A model generated the notes under the pieces. It had not been told where the DNA came from, did not search any database, and saw only the letters and a list, made by a program, of their open reading frames with translations. Position numbers and translations under genes: made by a program. From assembly GCF_011386835.1 (NCBI RefSeq), contig NC_088795.1, positions 137,392,001 through 137,456,000 of the forward strand: 64,000 nucleotides of DNA, written 5' to 3'. Source of the DNA: Chrysemys picta bellii. Its lineage: Eukaryota. Below are positions 49,069 through 61,270 of the stretch, piece by piece. Position 1 is the stretch's first letter, and each line of letters opens with the position of its first letter.

Positions 49069-50579
49069 CTAACTGAGAGACCCCATGTGGTTTTAAAATC
49101 TGGACATCCAAGTGTTTGGACACCAAGGGCAGCACTAGTGATGTGCCAAGAGTCTGAGGGCTGCGCCTAATTTGCATAGTTTTGCATAATGTGCACTTTT
49201 ATTGTATCATTAGGTTTTTAATAAAAAGGAATTGCTTTTATATTTCAATGACAGGCTTTGCAAAATACTCAATGTCAGAGTCCCCATAGTGATTTGTTTC
49301 GGGTGAACCTGCTACTGAAAGGTGTTGCAAAGTTTGGAGAGGCCTATTTTAAGAGGAAAATAGCAGCCATCAATCATACAAAAACACAATAATTCATTAT
49401 CACCCAAAGGGAAAACTGCAAGCCTTGCTCAATGTCCATGCTGTGTCTGCCTCCCTCGGATCTTGAAAGAGGACCTGGATCTCCAGTGTGAGAATTCAGT
49501 GGCCTACCATTCGCAGCCCTAATCTCAGAACATAGGACTCCAGTCTCCGAAGGAAGTGGGGGAGTTTGCATGAGGCATTTGAAGCTTTTGTCATAGGGGA
49601 GATGACTGAAGGTAGCTGGAATTTCTGTTATGGGAAAGAAGGGGAAAATTAGGAAACTGAGCAAGTTAATGCTTTGGTTACTGGCTGGGAGTGAGGAAAG
49701 CAGGGACTATTTTTGGACTGTCTGTTTGTGGCAGAGAAGTAATAACATGATGAAGTCTGAGCAAGCTCTCCCCATTGGCTGCTTATTGTTTGTTTGTACA
49801 GCAGCACCTAGAAATCATACTCGCAATCAGGGCCCTATTGTGTTGAGTGCTGTACAAATATATGGTTATAGATAGTTCTTGGCTCAGTTGGAAGTCCTGT
49901 TATCTGCTAGCAATAAGAGAAGCTTCTTTGGTGTGGCCCATATGAATATAGGACTAGTGCGTCAAACGCCCTTACTGTGTGGGACAGGCCAAGATGTACC
50001 ATGGTAATGTCTAGGCCCATGGTGATGCCAGCTCCACCTTTGCAGACAGTTGGTGAGATCACAATCAAGATAGCCAGTAAATGGCTGTTTGACTTATTCA
50101 CTAGTGTATCTATATATTTGTAGAACACATTCCCCAGACTCCAGTGATCAGTTGCCAGATGTAATAGAGGGCATAGTATGTCCTTCTCTACAGGCTGAGC
50201 CATTGCCTACATCAAACTGAACGCTACCATTGCCTGATGCACGAGTCGTATCCCCACGCTGCTTTTTGCTTTTGGCCCTCACTAACACAAGCTGAAGATG
50301 AGGTGTCATGCGAGTCACAGTTCAAAAAGCAGGTGACTGAGTTGGTGCTGTCAAAAATAAATTCACCAGACTTGATTCTGTTTTATATGCTCTATTTGTT
50401 ATTACTAATGACGGGCCTGTCTTAGCAAAACAGTGCACAGTGGTAGGCAGTACATAGCACTTATTCTGGAGTTATCCAAAGCAACATGATAGGGCATTTA
50501 TTGTACCCCTTTCTTCCAAATATATCCTAAAACAATCAGTTTGGCTACCTATTGTACAAATTGTATATTCACAAATCTC

Positions 50580-50955
50580 TTAATTCACCACGGAAATGCA
50601 ACCACCTCTGTGGTGAAAAATTGACAGCTGTTTAACAGCACACAGCTTTTCTGATCAGTTTAGTGCAGGAAGAGAAGAATACCATGAGTAAATAAACCTG
50701 AAGTAGACATTTAGGGAGACAGAATGTAAGTACTTTAATTTAGAAATTAACCAGAGCAGGAGGGTTAACTTCACTCTTGTGACCGTGGCATTGAATTTTG
50801 AGTGACTACAGCAGGTCAGGATGTGTTCTGTATCTCACCCAAAAGATATCCCGTCCAGCCGCACAGCCCATCCTCATTAGTATAAAGGGTTTGGCTCAGT
50901 ACTGGCAGAAGGAAGATGGTTATCTGCTGAATCACTGGCATGACACTGCAGGTTA
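50580..50955 (-). mobile_element. AmnSINE1-like ancient SINE (central domain; 5S head not seen)
   Basis: GAAATGCAACCACCTCTG..CAGCTGTTTAACAGCACACAGC, GGGTTAAC..ACTCTTG and TCAGTACTG...CTGAATCAC match the recalled consensus. Confidence 0.7.
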
Positions 50956-51812
50956 TCTATAATGCTTCCATTTCTGTTTGGGGAAGGAATGGCGTAGCAA
51001 AGGTATTTTATAATCCAAGAGTGGTGCAAAGAGAATAAATTAAAATTAGATCATAAAACAAATGAGTTCGGTATGTTGCTCCAACATTTCATTCACCCAC
51101 TACTTTGTTCCATGCCATTGTATTCTCCAGGGACTCTGCTATTTATTGTTGCTAACACTCGGAGTAAGATTAAGCACCGGGCTAATGCTGCAGCACTAAA
51201 TTACACCCCACAAATTTAGTAGCATTTTTGGACAGTGGAAGGAATACAACGTTTGCTTGGATTTTTTTCTTTTTCAGAGATTGCGAATAAACTTTTAAAT
51301 GCCCAGCATCTCCTCTCCATTGAGTAGGCTAGAAGGCTGGATGTTGTGTATTGCTTCAGTTTCCAAGAAGCTTTCCCTGTGCTCTCTCCATTACCCCTAG
51401 TAATTGAGTTGCCAGTCAGATAATATAGCCCACACACCCATGTATATGCTCAGTTGCTTTACAGAATAATAATTGTTTTGAGTTTGATCCTTTTTTTTTC
51501 CTTTTCGGTGGGGGAGATTGGTTTGTTTACGACTGCAGATTTTTACAGACTGCCTTTATGTTGTTTTAGGCTGTAAAATACTAATTTATCTACATTTCAA
51601 AAAGACTAATAAATCTTCATTGTAATCATTAGGGTTAATATGAAATATAAAAATAGGTTAAAGTTTCATTTTGTTTGCTGTTGTATCCTTTTTTATTAGG
51701 CGCCAGTAATTTAATTGCATTGTTTGATTCCTGTTCCCTTTCTAGAATCTTGGATTATATTGAGTTTCCGTTGAGCATTTAAATACAGTATTACAATTTT
51801 ATGCCTAATGAA

Positions 51813-53070
51813 ATAGAATCATAGGACTGGAAGGGATCTTAAGAGGTTATCTAGTCCAGTCCCCTGCACTCAAGGCAGGACTAAGTATTATCTAGACCAT
51901 CCCTGACAGGTGTTTGTCCAACCTGCTCTTAAAAATCCCCAATGATGGAGATTCCACCACCTCCCTAGGCAGTTTATTCCAGTGCTTAACCACCCTGACA
52001 ATTTGGAAGTTGTTCCTAATGTCCAACCTAAACCTCCCTTGCTGCAATTTAAGCCCATTGCTTCTTGTCCTATCCTCAGAGGTTAAGAAGAACCATTTTT
52101 CTCCCTCCTCCTTGTTAACAACCTTTTATCTATTTGAAAACTGTTATCATGTCCCCTCTTAGTCTTCTCTTCTCCAGACTAAACAAACCCAATTTTTTCC
52201 ACCTTCCCTCATAGGTCATGTTTTCTAGACTCTGAAACCTTAATCATTTTTGTTGCTCTTCTCTGGACTTTCTCCAATTTGTCCACATCTTTCCTGAAAT
52301 GTGGCACCCAGAACTGGACACAATACTCCACTTGAGGCCTAATCAGTGCAGAGCAGAGCGGAAGAATTACTTCTCATGTCTTGCTTAGAATACTCCTGCT
52401 AATACATCCCAGAATTATGTTTGCTTTTTTTTGCAACAGTGTTACACTGTTGACTCATATAGAATCATAGAATATCAGGGTTGGAAGGGACCTCAGGAGG
52501 TCATCTAGTCCAACCCCCTGCTCAAAGCAAGACCAACATCAACTAAATCATCCCAGCCAAGGCTTTGTCAAGCTACGCCTTAAAAACCTCTAAGGATAGA
52601 GATTCCACCACCTCCCTAGGTAACCCATTCCAGTGCTTCATCACCCTCCTAGTGAAATAGTGTTTCCTAATATCCAGCCTAGACCTCCCCCACTGCAACT
52701 TGAGACCATTGCTTCTTGTTCTGTCATCTGCCACCATTGAGAACAGCTTAGCTCCATCCTCTTTGGAACCCCCCTTCAGGTAGTTGAAGGCTGCTATCAA
52801 ATCCCCCCTCATTCTTCTCTTCTGGAGACTAAACAATCACAGTTCCCTCAGCCTCTCCTCATAAGTCATGTGCTCCAGACCCCTAATCATTTTCGTTGCC
52901 CTCCGCTGGACTCTCTCCAATTTGTCCACATCCCTTCTGTAGTAGGGGGACCGAAACAGAAGTGAAACATAGTGATTCACTATGACCCCCGGATCCCTTT
53001 CCGCAGTATTCCTTCCTAGGCAGTCATTTCCCATTTTGTATGTGTGCAACTGATTGTTCCTTCCTATACA
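51813..53070 (-). mobile_element. CR1 3' region (51813-52458 and 52958-53070) interrupted by a younger CR1
   Basis: ATAGAATCATAG tail at 51813; ORF2 C-terminal motifs resume after the insertion. Confidence 0.88.
52459..52957 (-). mobile_element. Young CR1 3' end
   Basis: ORF 52573-52836 is nearly identical in protein to the 21789-22487 copy; (ATTCTATG)-type tail at 52459. Confidence 0.93.
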
Positions 53071-53921
53071 CAATAAGTATTTCATTAGTATCAAAGAATC
53101 CACTAGGTGCTGTTGTAGATAAATTTTTGATAATTTTTATATGACTTTACATTGTGCCTTTTTATATAACCTTGTGGTGGGTTTACCCACGTGTGACCTT
53201 TGTTTAAAAAAGCAACTAATTGGTAACAACAAAACAAAGTGTGTTTGTGTGATATGTAAGGGTAAGTGTAATATATTATATGCATATAATACAGTGTTAA
53301 TAAATACATGTATTACTAATAAATATGGCATTTTGCCTTATTCCCCCTAAAAAGACCCTGTGCAGTACTTTAAGTACAACACTGGGTGTTCATAATCAAC
53401 AGGAAACTAAAAGCCACAAAGCATAACCGATAGAAAGTCCACCTCAGCTTGCTTGCTGATATGACGCAAGAGAGGCAAGAGCTCACCCTCAGTACCTGAG
53501 CTCTAAGGTTTATATAATACTTACACATTCTTCACTTACTGCAGAGTTGTTACATAGTAAAATTAAGCATGTGCATACGTGTTGGCAAATAGGCCCTGAT
53601 CCTGCAGGGTCAGGTAATAACCTATTTTTATATCAGCGTGATTCTGTTACTTTTAAAAGGCAGATAAGCATGTCACTCTTTTATTATCTTGTCTTTTTAG
53701 TAACACAACCCACTGAAATTAGCTGCTGATCTTTTTAAATGAAATGTTCAATGTTAATAGAAATACATTGGGGGGGATTTCTAAATGGCAGAAAGATCAA
53801 ACACCCAGTTCCCACTCACCGTCGGTGAGCATTGGGTGCTGAATTGCTCTTTGTGTCTTTGGCAGTCTTCCCCTTTTCACTTTTTAATTCACCTGTCATT
53901 CTTGTCTCTCATAGTTACATT

Positions 53922-53999
<78 letters not shown>
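53922..53999 (+). repeat. Compound microsatellite (TC)n(CA)15(CT)n
   Basis: Read directly; CA block at 53941-53970. Confidence 0.98.
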
Positions 54000-54001
<2 letters not shown>

Positions 54002-54297
54002 CACCTTCTGCAAGGAGAGTAAATAGTGTAATACTTCATACAGAGAAGCTTTGTGCTAGACTTGATTTTTAACCACTAGACTTCATTAAGTAAATGTGTT
54101 TTGTTATGGCGACTAGGTTTATGATTGTTCATAATATTGATTTCAGTTTTGACAACAATGTGCTGGGCACTAGTCAACCATAGATAAAGTCATAGTTCAT
54201 GCCCTGAAGCTTTAATGTACAATCTAACAAGACAAAGGGTGAGGGAACATGGAGGGAACAAACCAACAATGTTCTTTCTTTTTCTTTTTTGCTACAG

Positions 54298-54412
54298 ACT
54301 GTTCCGAAACCAATAGCTCTGGAACCCTGTTTTGGAAACAGAGCAGCAGTCCTCTCAGTATTTGTGAGGTTGCCTCGAGGAATGGGAGGTATCCCGCCAC
54401 CAGGGCAGTCAG
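54298..54412 (+). CDS. ATRN: Attractin exon (115 bp): cytoplasmic tail
   Basis: Acceptor TTTCTTTTTTGCTACAG, donor CAG|GTGAAT. Reads TVPKPIALEPCFGNRAAVLSVFVRLPRGMGGIPPPGQS(G). Phase 0 to 1. Confidence 0.98.
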
Positions 54413-55871
54413 GTGAATGATATCATTATGCTTTGACATGTTTCTAATCTGTCTCAGTATTTATACTGTGCCCATCACCGTGGTCTCTGGGTCTTACAGA
54501 TTAAGTCAGGAATGCATAAAATTCCCCAGTCAGTGGGAATTTATTTTACAGAGTAGGTAATCTAATTTACTACAGGTTAGATTCTTCCGTTTGACTCCAG
54601 TTGGGTTGAATCTTACTCCTCCAGTCAGCTCTTTGAAATGGATGGGCTTACTAGCAGAGTAAGGACCTGCTCAGTTTGAGTTAGGGTGGCATAATTAAGC
54701 CCTAAACAAATGGCATGCAGGGTTCACCAGGCCACTTCTGCTAACGGTGAAAATGCTAGACTTACTGTAACTGAGGTTTGATGCTTTTCTCGTCACTGAG
54801 CTTGTGCAAGGTAATCACTGGTGAAAATTTAGAGCCATATGCTGTGGTGTCTGTCTTTGTTTTCCCCTCAGGGTTTTTTAGAAGAAATAGGGATACGTTT
54901 CATCTGAACACCAGTCACTGGGTAAAATACAGGGGCCACAAGTGGATGGAAGTTTTCAATAGTTACTTTTAAAAGGGCCTTATTTGCCTCCCCACTCCCC
55001 TCACAGAGAGAGGTCCACCTGTCTGACCTTCAAAGGCCATGCCCTGCTTCTTTCTCTCTTCTGATGGGCGCATGGGGCAGTAGGATGCTGTTCTTCCTAC
55101 TCCTGTCCTAACACTTTTTATATGAGGGAAATCAGGTTAGATGTGATTGTTCTCTCTCTCTCACACACAGTCCCCCAAAACTACAAGCTTTTCCCAGCCC
55201 CTCAGCTAATGGTTTCTTTGTGAGGAATTGAGCTATAGATAGCCTCTGGAACAGCTTCTGTTGCCTGCAGCTGGAGGATGGTCAGGACAAGATCTTTGTC
55301 TTTAGCGATCAGCAAAGTCAGTAAGTGTGGTGAGGGGAGGATGGGACTAGAAGAGGGTGTAAATTGCTTCTGAGTTCTCTTTTTGCAAAATGCGGGGGGA
55401 TGGGGTAATTAGGGATTTGGATTAAATAGAGGCCAGATCCAGACCTTCAAGGATGTCCAGGTAAATGCTTTGGTTTTCTCTCATCTATGGTTATTTTGGG
55501 AGGGTGACTAGTCTTCAGACCAGGGAGGTGTGGTTGCAGAGTGCTTGTGAAGCATAATGGACCTGCCATCACCAAGTTCTTTAAGGAAACTGCTGTTCTT
55601 CTGTGGAATGATTACTTGCTTCAAATAAAAGCGGTTTAAATTAATATCCCAGTTTTTATGTTCAGAAGATTATCTTTGGCGGGTGACAGGAAGCAGTTGC
55701 TTTGATGGAAACGTACATTATTGAATAGCTTGCTTCTGAGTACCCCGTCAAGTTTAATCTGCAAATCAAAATGCTTCTTTAAAAATAAATCAATCACCTT
55801 TTGGATAAGATTTTATGCAACTGCAGTCCACAGACTTTCACTTCTGTAACCACCTTGATTTACTACTTCAG

Positions 55872-55996
55872 GTCTTGCAGTGGCCAGCGCTTTGGTGGAC
55901 GTTTCACAACAAATGCCAATTGCCTACAAAGAGAAATCAGGAGCAGTACGAAATCGGAAACAACAGCCCCCAGCACAGCCAGGAACCTGTATTTGA
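55872..55996 (+). CDS. ATRN: Attractin terminal coding exon to stop codon
   Basis: Acceptor TACTTCAG. Reads (G)LAVASALVDVSQQMPIAYKEKSGAVRNRKQQPPAQPGTCI, then TGA at 55994-55996; phase matches the preceding exon. Confidence 0.98.
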
Positions 55997-58900
55997 TGCA
56001 TGGACATCATAAACTGTCTCTCTAGGGTTTTAAACACCAGTAACACATAGGAGGAGGAAGAGAAGAAAGATTTTACAGTTGTGACACAAAAGAGACTAAA
56101 AATATATGGAAAACGCAACTTCCTTGAGCCCAGTCTTTTTTCTCATATACTTGATAGTTGGCTTTGTTTGACAATTGCTCCACTTAAGTTTTACTGACAT
56201 ATGCCACTGGATGGTTCAACCTTTTTTCCCCCCTGGTTTAAAAAAAAAAAATTATTTCACGTCCAGTAACCTCTAATCACCACCACTGAAGGTCAATGTC
56301 AATAAAACAGAAGTACAAGCATAAATGACACTCAGGTTTCTGCATGGAAAGAGCATTATAGTACATATATTTATCAAACTGTGCCAAAAGGAAAAAAAAA
56401 AAAAAAAAAGATGCCGCATTTCCAGGTAAGTCTCAGCCCTCAACTCCTGAAAACAATATTAAACTTCATCGTCGCTTTCTTTTCAGATGTAATAATTTCA
56501 AAGATTTTCTGTTTATTCCCACATTATTTAATTAGTGCTCTTTTGTCATATACGGTCCAGCTTAACATATAGCATCAAGGTAGGAAAGAATGAAGCAAAG
56601 ATTGAATATTATACATTGCTTACGCTGAATTCAATATTTGCAAAGTTGAATGTAGTTTTCTAAAGCATTAGTGTTTCTGTTGTCTTAATCCAGTTGAAAT
56701 ACGTGCACACAAGTGCCTAGACTTCAGCAGATCTAGGAAGTGAGGGAATTAGTACACGCAGGTTTTTACATAATTGTGTTCCTATGTTCCTGTAAAAATT
56801 AATTAGCCACCTAAGGCAATCTGTGCCATTTGTAATGCATCATTTGTAGTCAGGGAAGATGAGGGCATTTTCCCACCCAAGGAACTACTTAACCTGGTGG
56901 CAGCATCTTGGGGGGAAACTGGAATTGAGGTCCTGTATTTTATGTGAACGCTGCTGTTTTTCCCAGCTGGCATAAATGGAAGTTGTGTGTACCTGTGGCC
57001 TGCTACCTAATTATCCCTTGGTGTTACCTTTTGAGTCCTTTTCTGCCTATTTGACCTTCCCTGTTTGTCGGTCTGAGGATTTTAATTTAAAAAAAACATA
57101 GTAGCTCTGTTTGGCCTCGTGTTTGAATGTTCAATCTTGAATTACCCCCAGTGACTGTACAGTGTGAGGTAGCTGCCTTGGACATCTGAGGGAGACTTAC
57201 TGCTGACAGGATACACTCGGTAGTTGTAGAAGAGGGCTTCGTGTAGCAAGGGATTTATTACACTTACTAACTCTTTTTGCAATTGAGCCTCAAAATGATG
57301 CTGACAAGGTTTATTAGACTCAAAATTCGGCCTACCTTGTAATTGTTAGAATCTGACATAAGAGGAGTTGCAGATTCTCAGTATCGCCAGTGCTTTTAAA
57401 CCCAAAGTGTAACTGTTAACTAACAGACTTTGTTACCACACCACAGCCAAGAGTAGTTGCAATGTTGATGCTGATACACGTTGTTGTGTTAAGGTACCAA
57501 ACAAGGTATAGTTGTTAAATAACTATAGTAAGTTCAGTTCCATTCAGAACACTGGGGTTGAGTCTGGTTTTGGCTGGGGTATTACTTACGAACTGAAAAA
57601 TAAATTGATTGGAGGAAAAAATGTAAACTGCAAAGTAACTATTGAATATTGTTTGATGTTAATGCCCTCGTCCCAAGATAAAACTGAAGTAACTGCATCT
57701 TTTTTTTTTCTTTTGTGTTTTTGGCAATCTACAACATATCCCTCAGGTTTTTCAAAAAACTGGAATTCTTTCTTTGAGGTGTAACATTTGAATAGGAAAA
57801 TAAATCACTGTGCATCTCAGAACAATAGTGGTGGTGGTAAAGATTGTAAGTTGGTGGGCCACAAACCTACAAACAAGAACTCGAATGAATCTTCTCCTAA
57901 CAAATACAACAACACTCCAGAAAAATTTTTGTTAAAAACCCATCATTTTTAAAATCTATTTCTAAACCTGCAAGTTAAATGCCCTCAGGAGGGGGTGATA
58001 AGGAGAAACTTTGTGGAGTGAAGGGTTTCAGTCAACTTGAATATTAGCTGGTGCACAGATTACCTCAGAGTCACCTCCCAAAAGAACTTGCAACTTCCCT
58101 TGTTTATAGTGCTGCCCCGGGCTAGAACACACCAGAGAAATAACACAAGATAAAATTTCCCCCCTGTATATTTAATTACCTCACAAATGTTCAGTTCAGA
58201 TGCAGATCTAGAATTCATAGACCCTTACTCCATTACCCATCACACTGGGAAAACGAACATGGGCTACAATTCAGAAAAGCTCTTCACCTTATGTTTAAGT
58301 CCATACTTATTCAGGACAGCATTTAAACAGGTGCCTAAAGTTACGCCTATGCTTAGGTGTTTCCCTGTAAAGAAATGCTTTGCTAAATGGGGGCCATTAA
58401 GTGAAATTATTTTTACTTAAAAAATAAAATCATTTCTGTTCCCTTTTAGAGAATTGTCTTACGCTCAGATTGTTGTGTCTCAATTGCTTATAGCGGAAGT
58501 GTGCCCAGAACGCTCTCAAGAAAGGAGTTAAGGGTCAGATGTTAAAAATAAGGAAGATGAGCGACATTGATCAACATTAAGTTTAATTGAGCCAAAAACT
58601 GTAAATAGAGGAATAAGACTTTATTAATATAAATGAAACAAAAAGATCCTTTCGGCTTTAGCCCTGCTCTGTATCTCGTCTCCATACGGACAAGGGAAAA
58701 GAGAACTCTCATACATATCTCAGCTGCAAGGACTTTCATCCCAGTTCAAAACAAATTATCAGGGAAGGAGTGAGGAGAGGGGAGGAGATGGGGAGAAGAA
58801 AACAAACTGCAGGTGTTTCATCAATGTACCAACATCAAAAGTGGATGATTGGGGGTCGGGGAGGGGATTCTTTAAAAAACAACAACCTGTAATTCTGTAA

Positions 58901-61260
58901 ATAAATGAAAAATAACACACTGATTTTGCACTTGTACATAAACTATACAGTAGTGTGCAGAATGTGGAAAGAGTTAGCGTGTATATAAAACAGAAATATC
59001 TAATGTTTTTTTGATGCATTTTAAATGATGTATGAGTTTTGTCTTATCTTCTTCATATGATGATTAGGTAACTTTCCAGAGCTTTAAAAAGTCATCAAAT
59101 TAATTCCTGATATCTGGCAGTAGAAAGCAAGGAGGGCATAATCTGACATTTTAATGGATTTAAATGCATTTCACTTGAACAATATAAGCAAAGTAGTTCG
59201 AAATACAGCTCTTCCATTTCAAAAAGAACAATTAGAGAAGGTGATATTTATACTTAAAGCAGCCACTATTATGAGATTATAAAGTCGTTGGCGTGCTGTT
59301 CATTAAGATTGTGCTAGTGATTCCATTCCAAATCACTATTTTCAGGGGGTTTATAACCCTGGGTGAAATTTGATATACAAGGTCTCACACTGGTCACTGG
59401 GAACATTGTTATTCTTTGAGACTTTTTTTTTTTCTTTTTAACTGGAAATGTTGCAACCTGCCACTGGATACAAAAATACATTAATTGAAACCAATTTTTG
59501 TTCACAAACCTGCTCCAGTGTTTCACCAGAATTTCATTTGGAATTTTTTAGCATGCATGATAGGATACAGGCAGACCCTGCAGTCATGTTTGTCAGTAAT
59601 TTGTATACAGAGGAAGATTTATGGGTACACCTACCCATCGAGTCTCTTTTAGAGCTGTTGGGTTAAAAACATACCGTACCAAAAATGCCAATGTACAGAT
59701 GTGCATGGTGCCTGTGAATTCCCAATATATAATGTACCAAAATATGGTGATATTGTATAGGAAAGAATGACAGGCCATAAAAGGTGTCTTGTGCCAGATA
59801 TATACTTCCTTAAAGGTAGGATGCAATATTTTCATCCCTCAGCTCATAGAGAGCCGAGAAGTTCTTGTATGTCATTCTCTGTCTGGCAAAACTGTACCAA
59901 ACTATATATTTACTGGGTTTAGAGTGGGTTTTCTCAAATGGCTGTTCATCTAGCCAATCCTAAATTTAGCTTCAATGACCCTTTAGTGAAATACATGCCC
60001 CCCGCCCCCAAGGGACTGAAATAAAACCAGGGCAGCCAATTCAAAGACTGCTGATTCTCCGTCCTGAACTGACATGAACGTTAGAGATTTTTTTTTCTTT
60101 TTCATAAAAGCCTACATTCAGGATGGAGTGTCAAATGGAACTTTGAATCTGTTGGCTATTGGATTGCCACAATGCTTTAAATATTGTATCTGTAAATGTG
60201 TATGCTCCACCACTGAACTTAAAACAAAAACTGATGGTACATGTCAGGAGCGACTTTTAAACTAAGCCATCTAAGTTTCCATAGTAATCTCGGGGTGGGG
60301 GAAGGTTAAGCTTAAATCTTCATTTGGGAATGCAACAGTTTGTTTTACAACGCACTCCTAAAGTAAGCTGGAAGATCAGGTTCTGTGAAGAAATGTGCAC
60401 GTTTCATATGCAAAGGTGCATCTCCATCTCCATTTTTGAATATATGTGCACTAGCTTTTGGGGTGCAGTGGGGGCAAAAGAGGGATAAGAGATGCTTTTA
60501 CTTTTCTGACATGCTGTAGATAATTTTAGTCATGACCTTGCTTTCTGTTCTAGTTGCTTGAAATAAGTAAGTTCATCACGTGCCAGTAATGCCTACAATA
60601 ACACTCACGCTGTTTATTCTGCTTCTGGATAAGGATGATTGTCGCCAATTTACTGTGTCTTTCTAAAACAATAAGCTACCTTTGTGTGTCTTCCAGATAC
60701 TAAAGACATTTCCCCCTGTGTTATCCACCCACTCCAAAATGCTCACCAGGAAAAAAAAAACCCCACTACCAATCTATTTGTGGACGAGTGTAAAATACAT
60801 TGGTCCATTTTTTAAAAAAAAATAAAAATAAAAAAAAGTAGGTTTTATATTACTCTGAAATTTGTGCACACTAAATGTTCTTTACGCTAAGATCCTTGAA
60901 CTAATTCTTCATTTTTTTTGTTCTGTAGTTATTTACAGTCCTTATCTGTGTTCTGACTCAAGCTTAGTTTGTTAATATGTATAATTTAGCGTTTATCGCA
61001 TTCATATGTAAATACCGAGTAAGTATTGTAAACTATTTCATTGCTGGGGATTGTGGGTGTTATACATACACGTATTTAGGACTGCAGTTTTTTGGTATAA
61101 TTTTTTGTATTGTAAAATAACAGCTAATTTAAGCAGGAACAAGAGAATCATGGGAAGTCGGTACATTTTAAACACAAATGTGAAGTACATGTACATAAAT
61201 ACAAAGTAAATAATGCAAAACTTTCTTCTGAAATAAAAAGTAGAAAATCTGGTTAAAATG
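55997..61260 (+). other. ATRN: Probable ATRN 3' UTR (~5.3 kb)
   Basis: Follows the stop codon, is AT-rich and almost free of young repeats (unlike the introns), and ends at AATAAA 61232-61237 with a T-rich downstream tract. The end point is inferred; shorter isoforms are possible. Confidence 0.65.
61232..61237 (+). terminator. Polyadenylation signal AATAAA (probable distal ATRN site)
   Basis: AATAAA with upstream TGTA elements (e.g. 61190) and downstream TCTTTTTATTTTG / CTTTTTT tracts. Confidence 0.6.
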
Positions 61261-61264
61261 TCTT

Positions 61265-61270
61265 TTTATT
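61265..61270 (-). terminator. Candidate polyadenylation signal of a convergent minus-strand transcript
   Basis: TTTATT on + is AATAAA on -. The A-rich + strand 61231-61247 would provide its U-rich downstream element. Confidence 0.4.

Noticed and set aside
56301-60030. Proximal AATAAA hexamers (e.g. 56301, 57799) as the main ATRN end
   Set aside because: Common in AT-rich DNA, with weaker downstream elements. They cannot be excluded as minor sites, and the A run at ~56393-56409 could cause internal priming artefacts.
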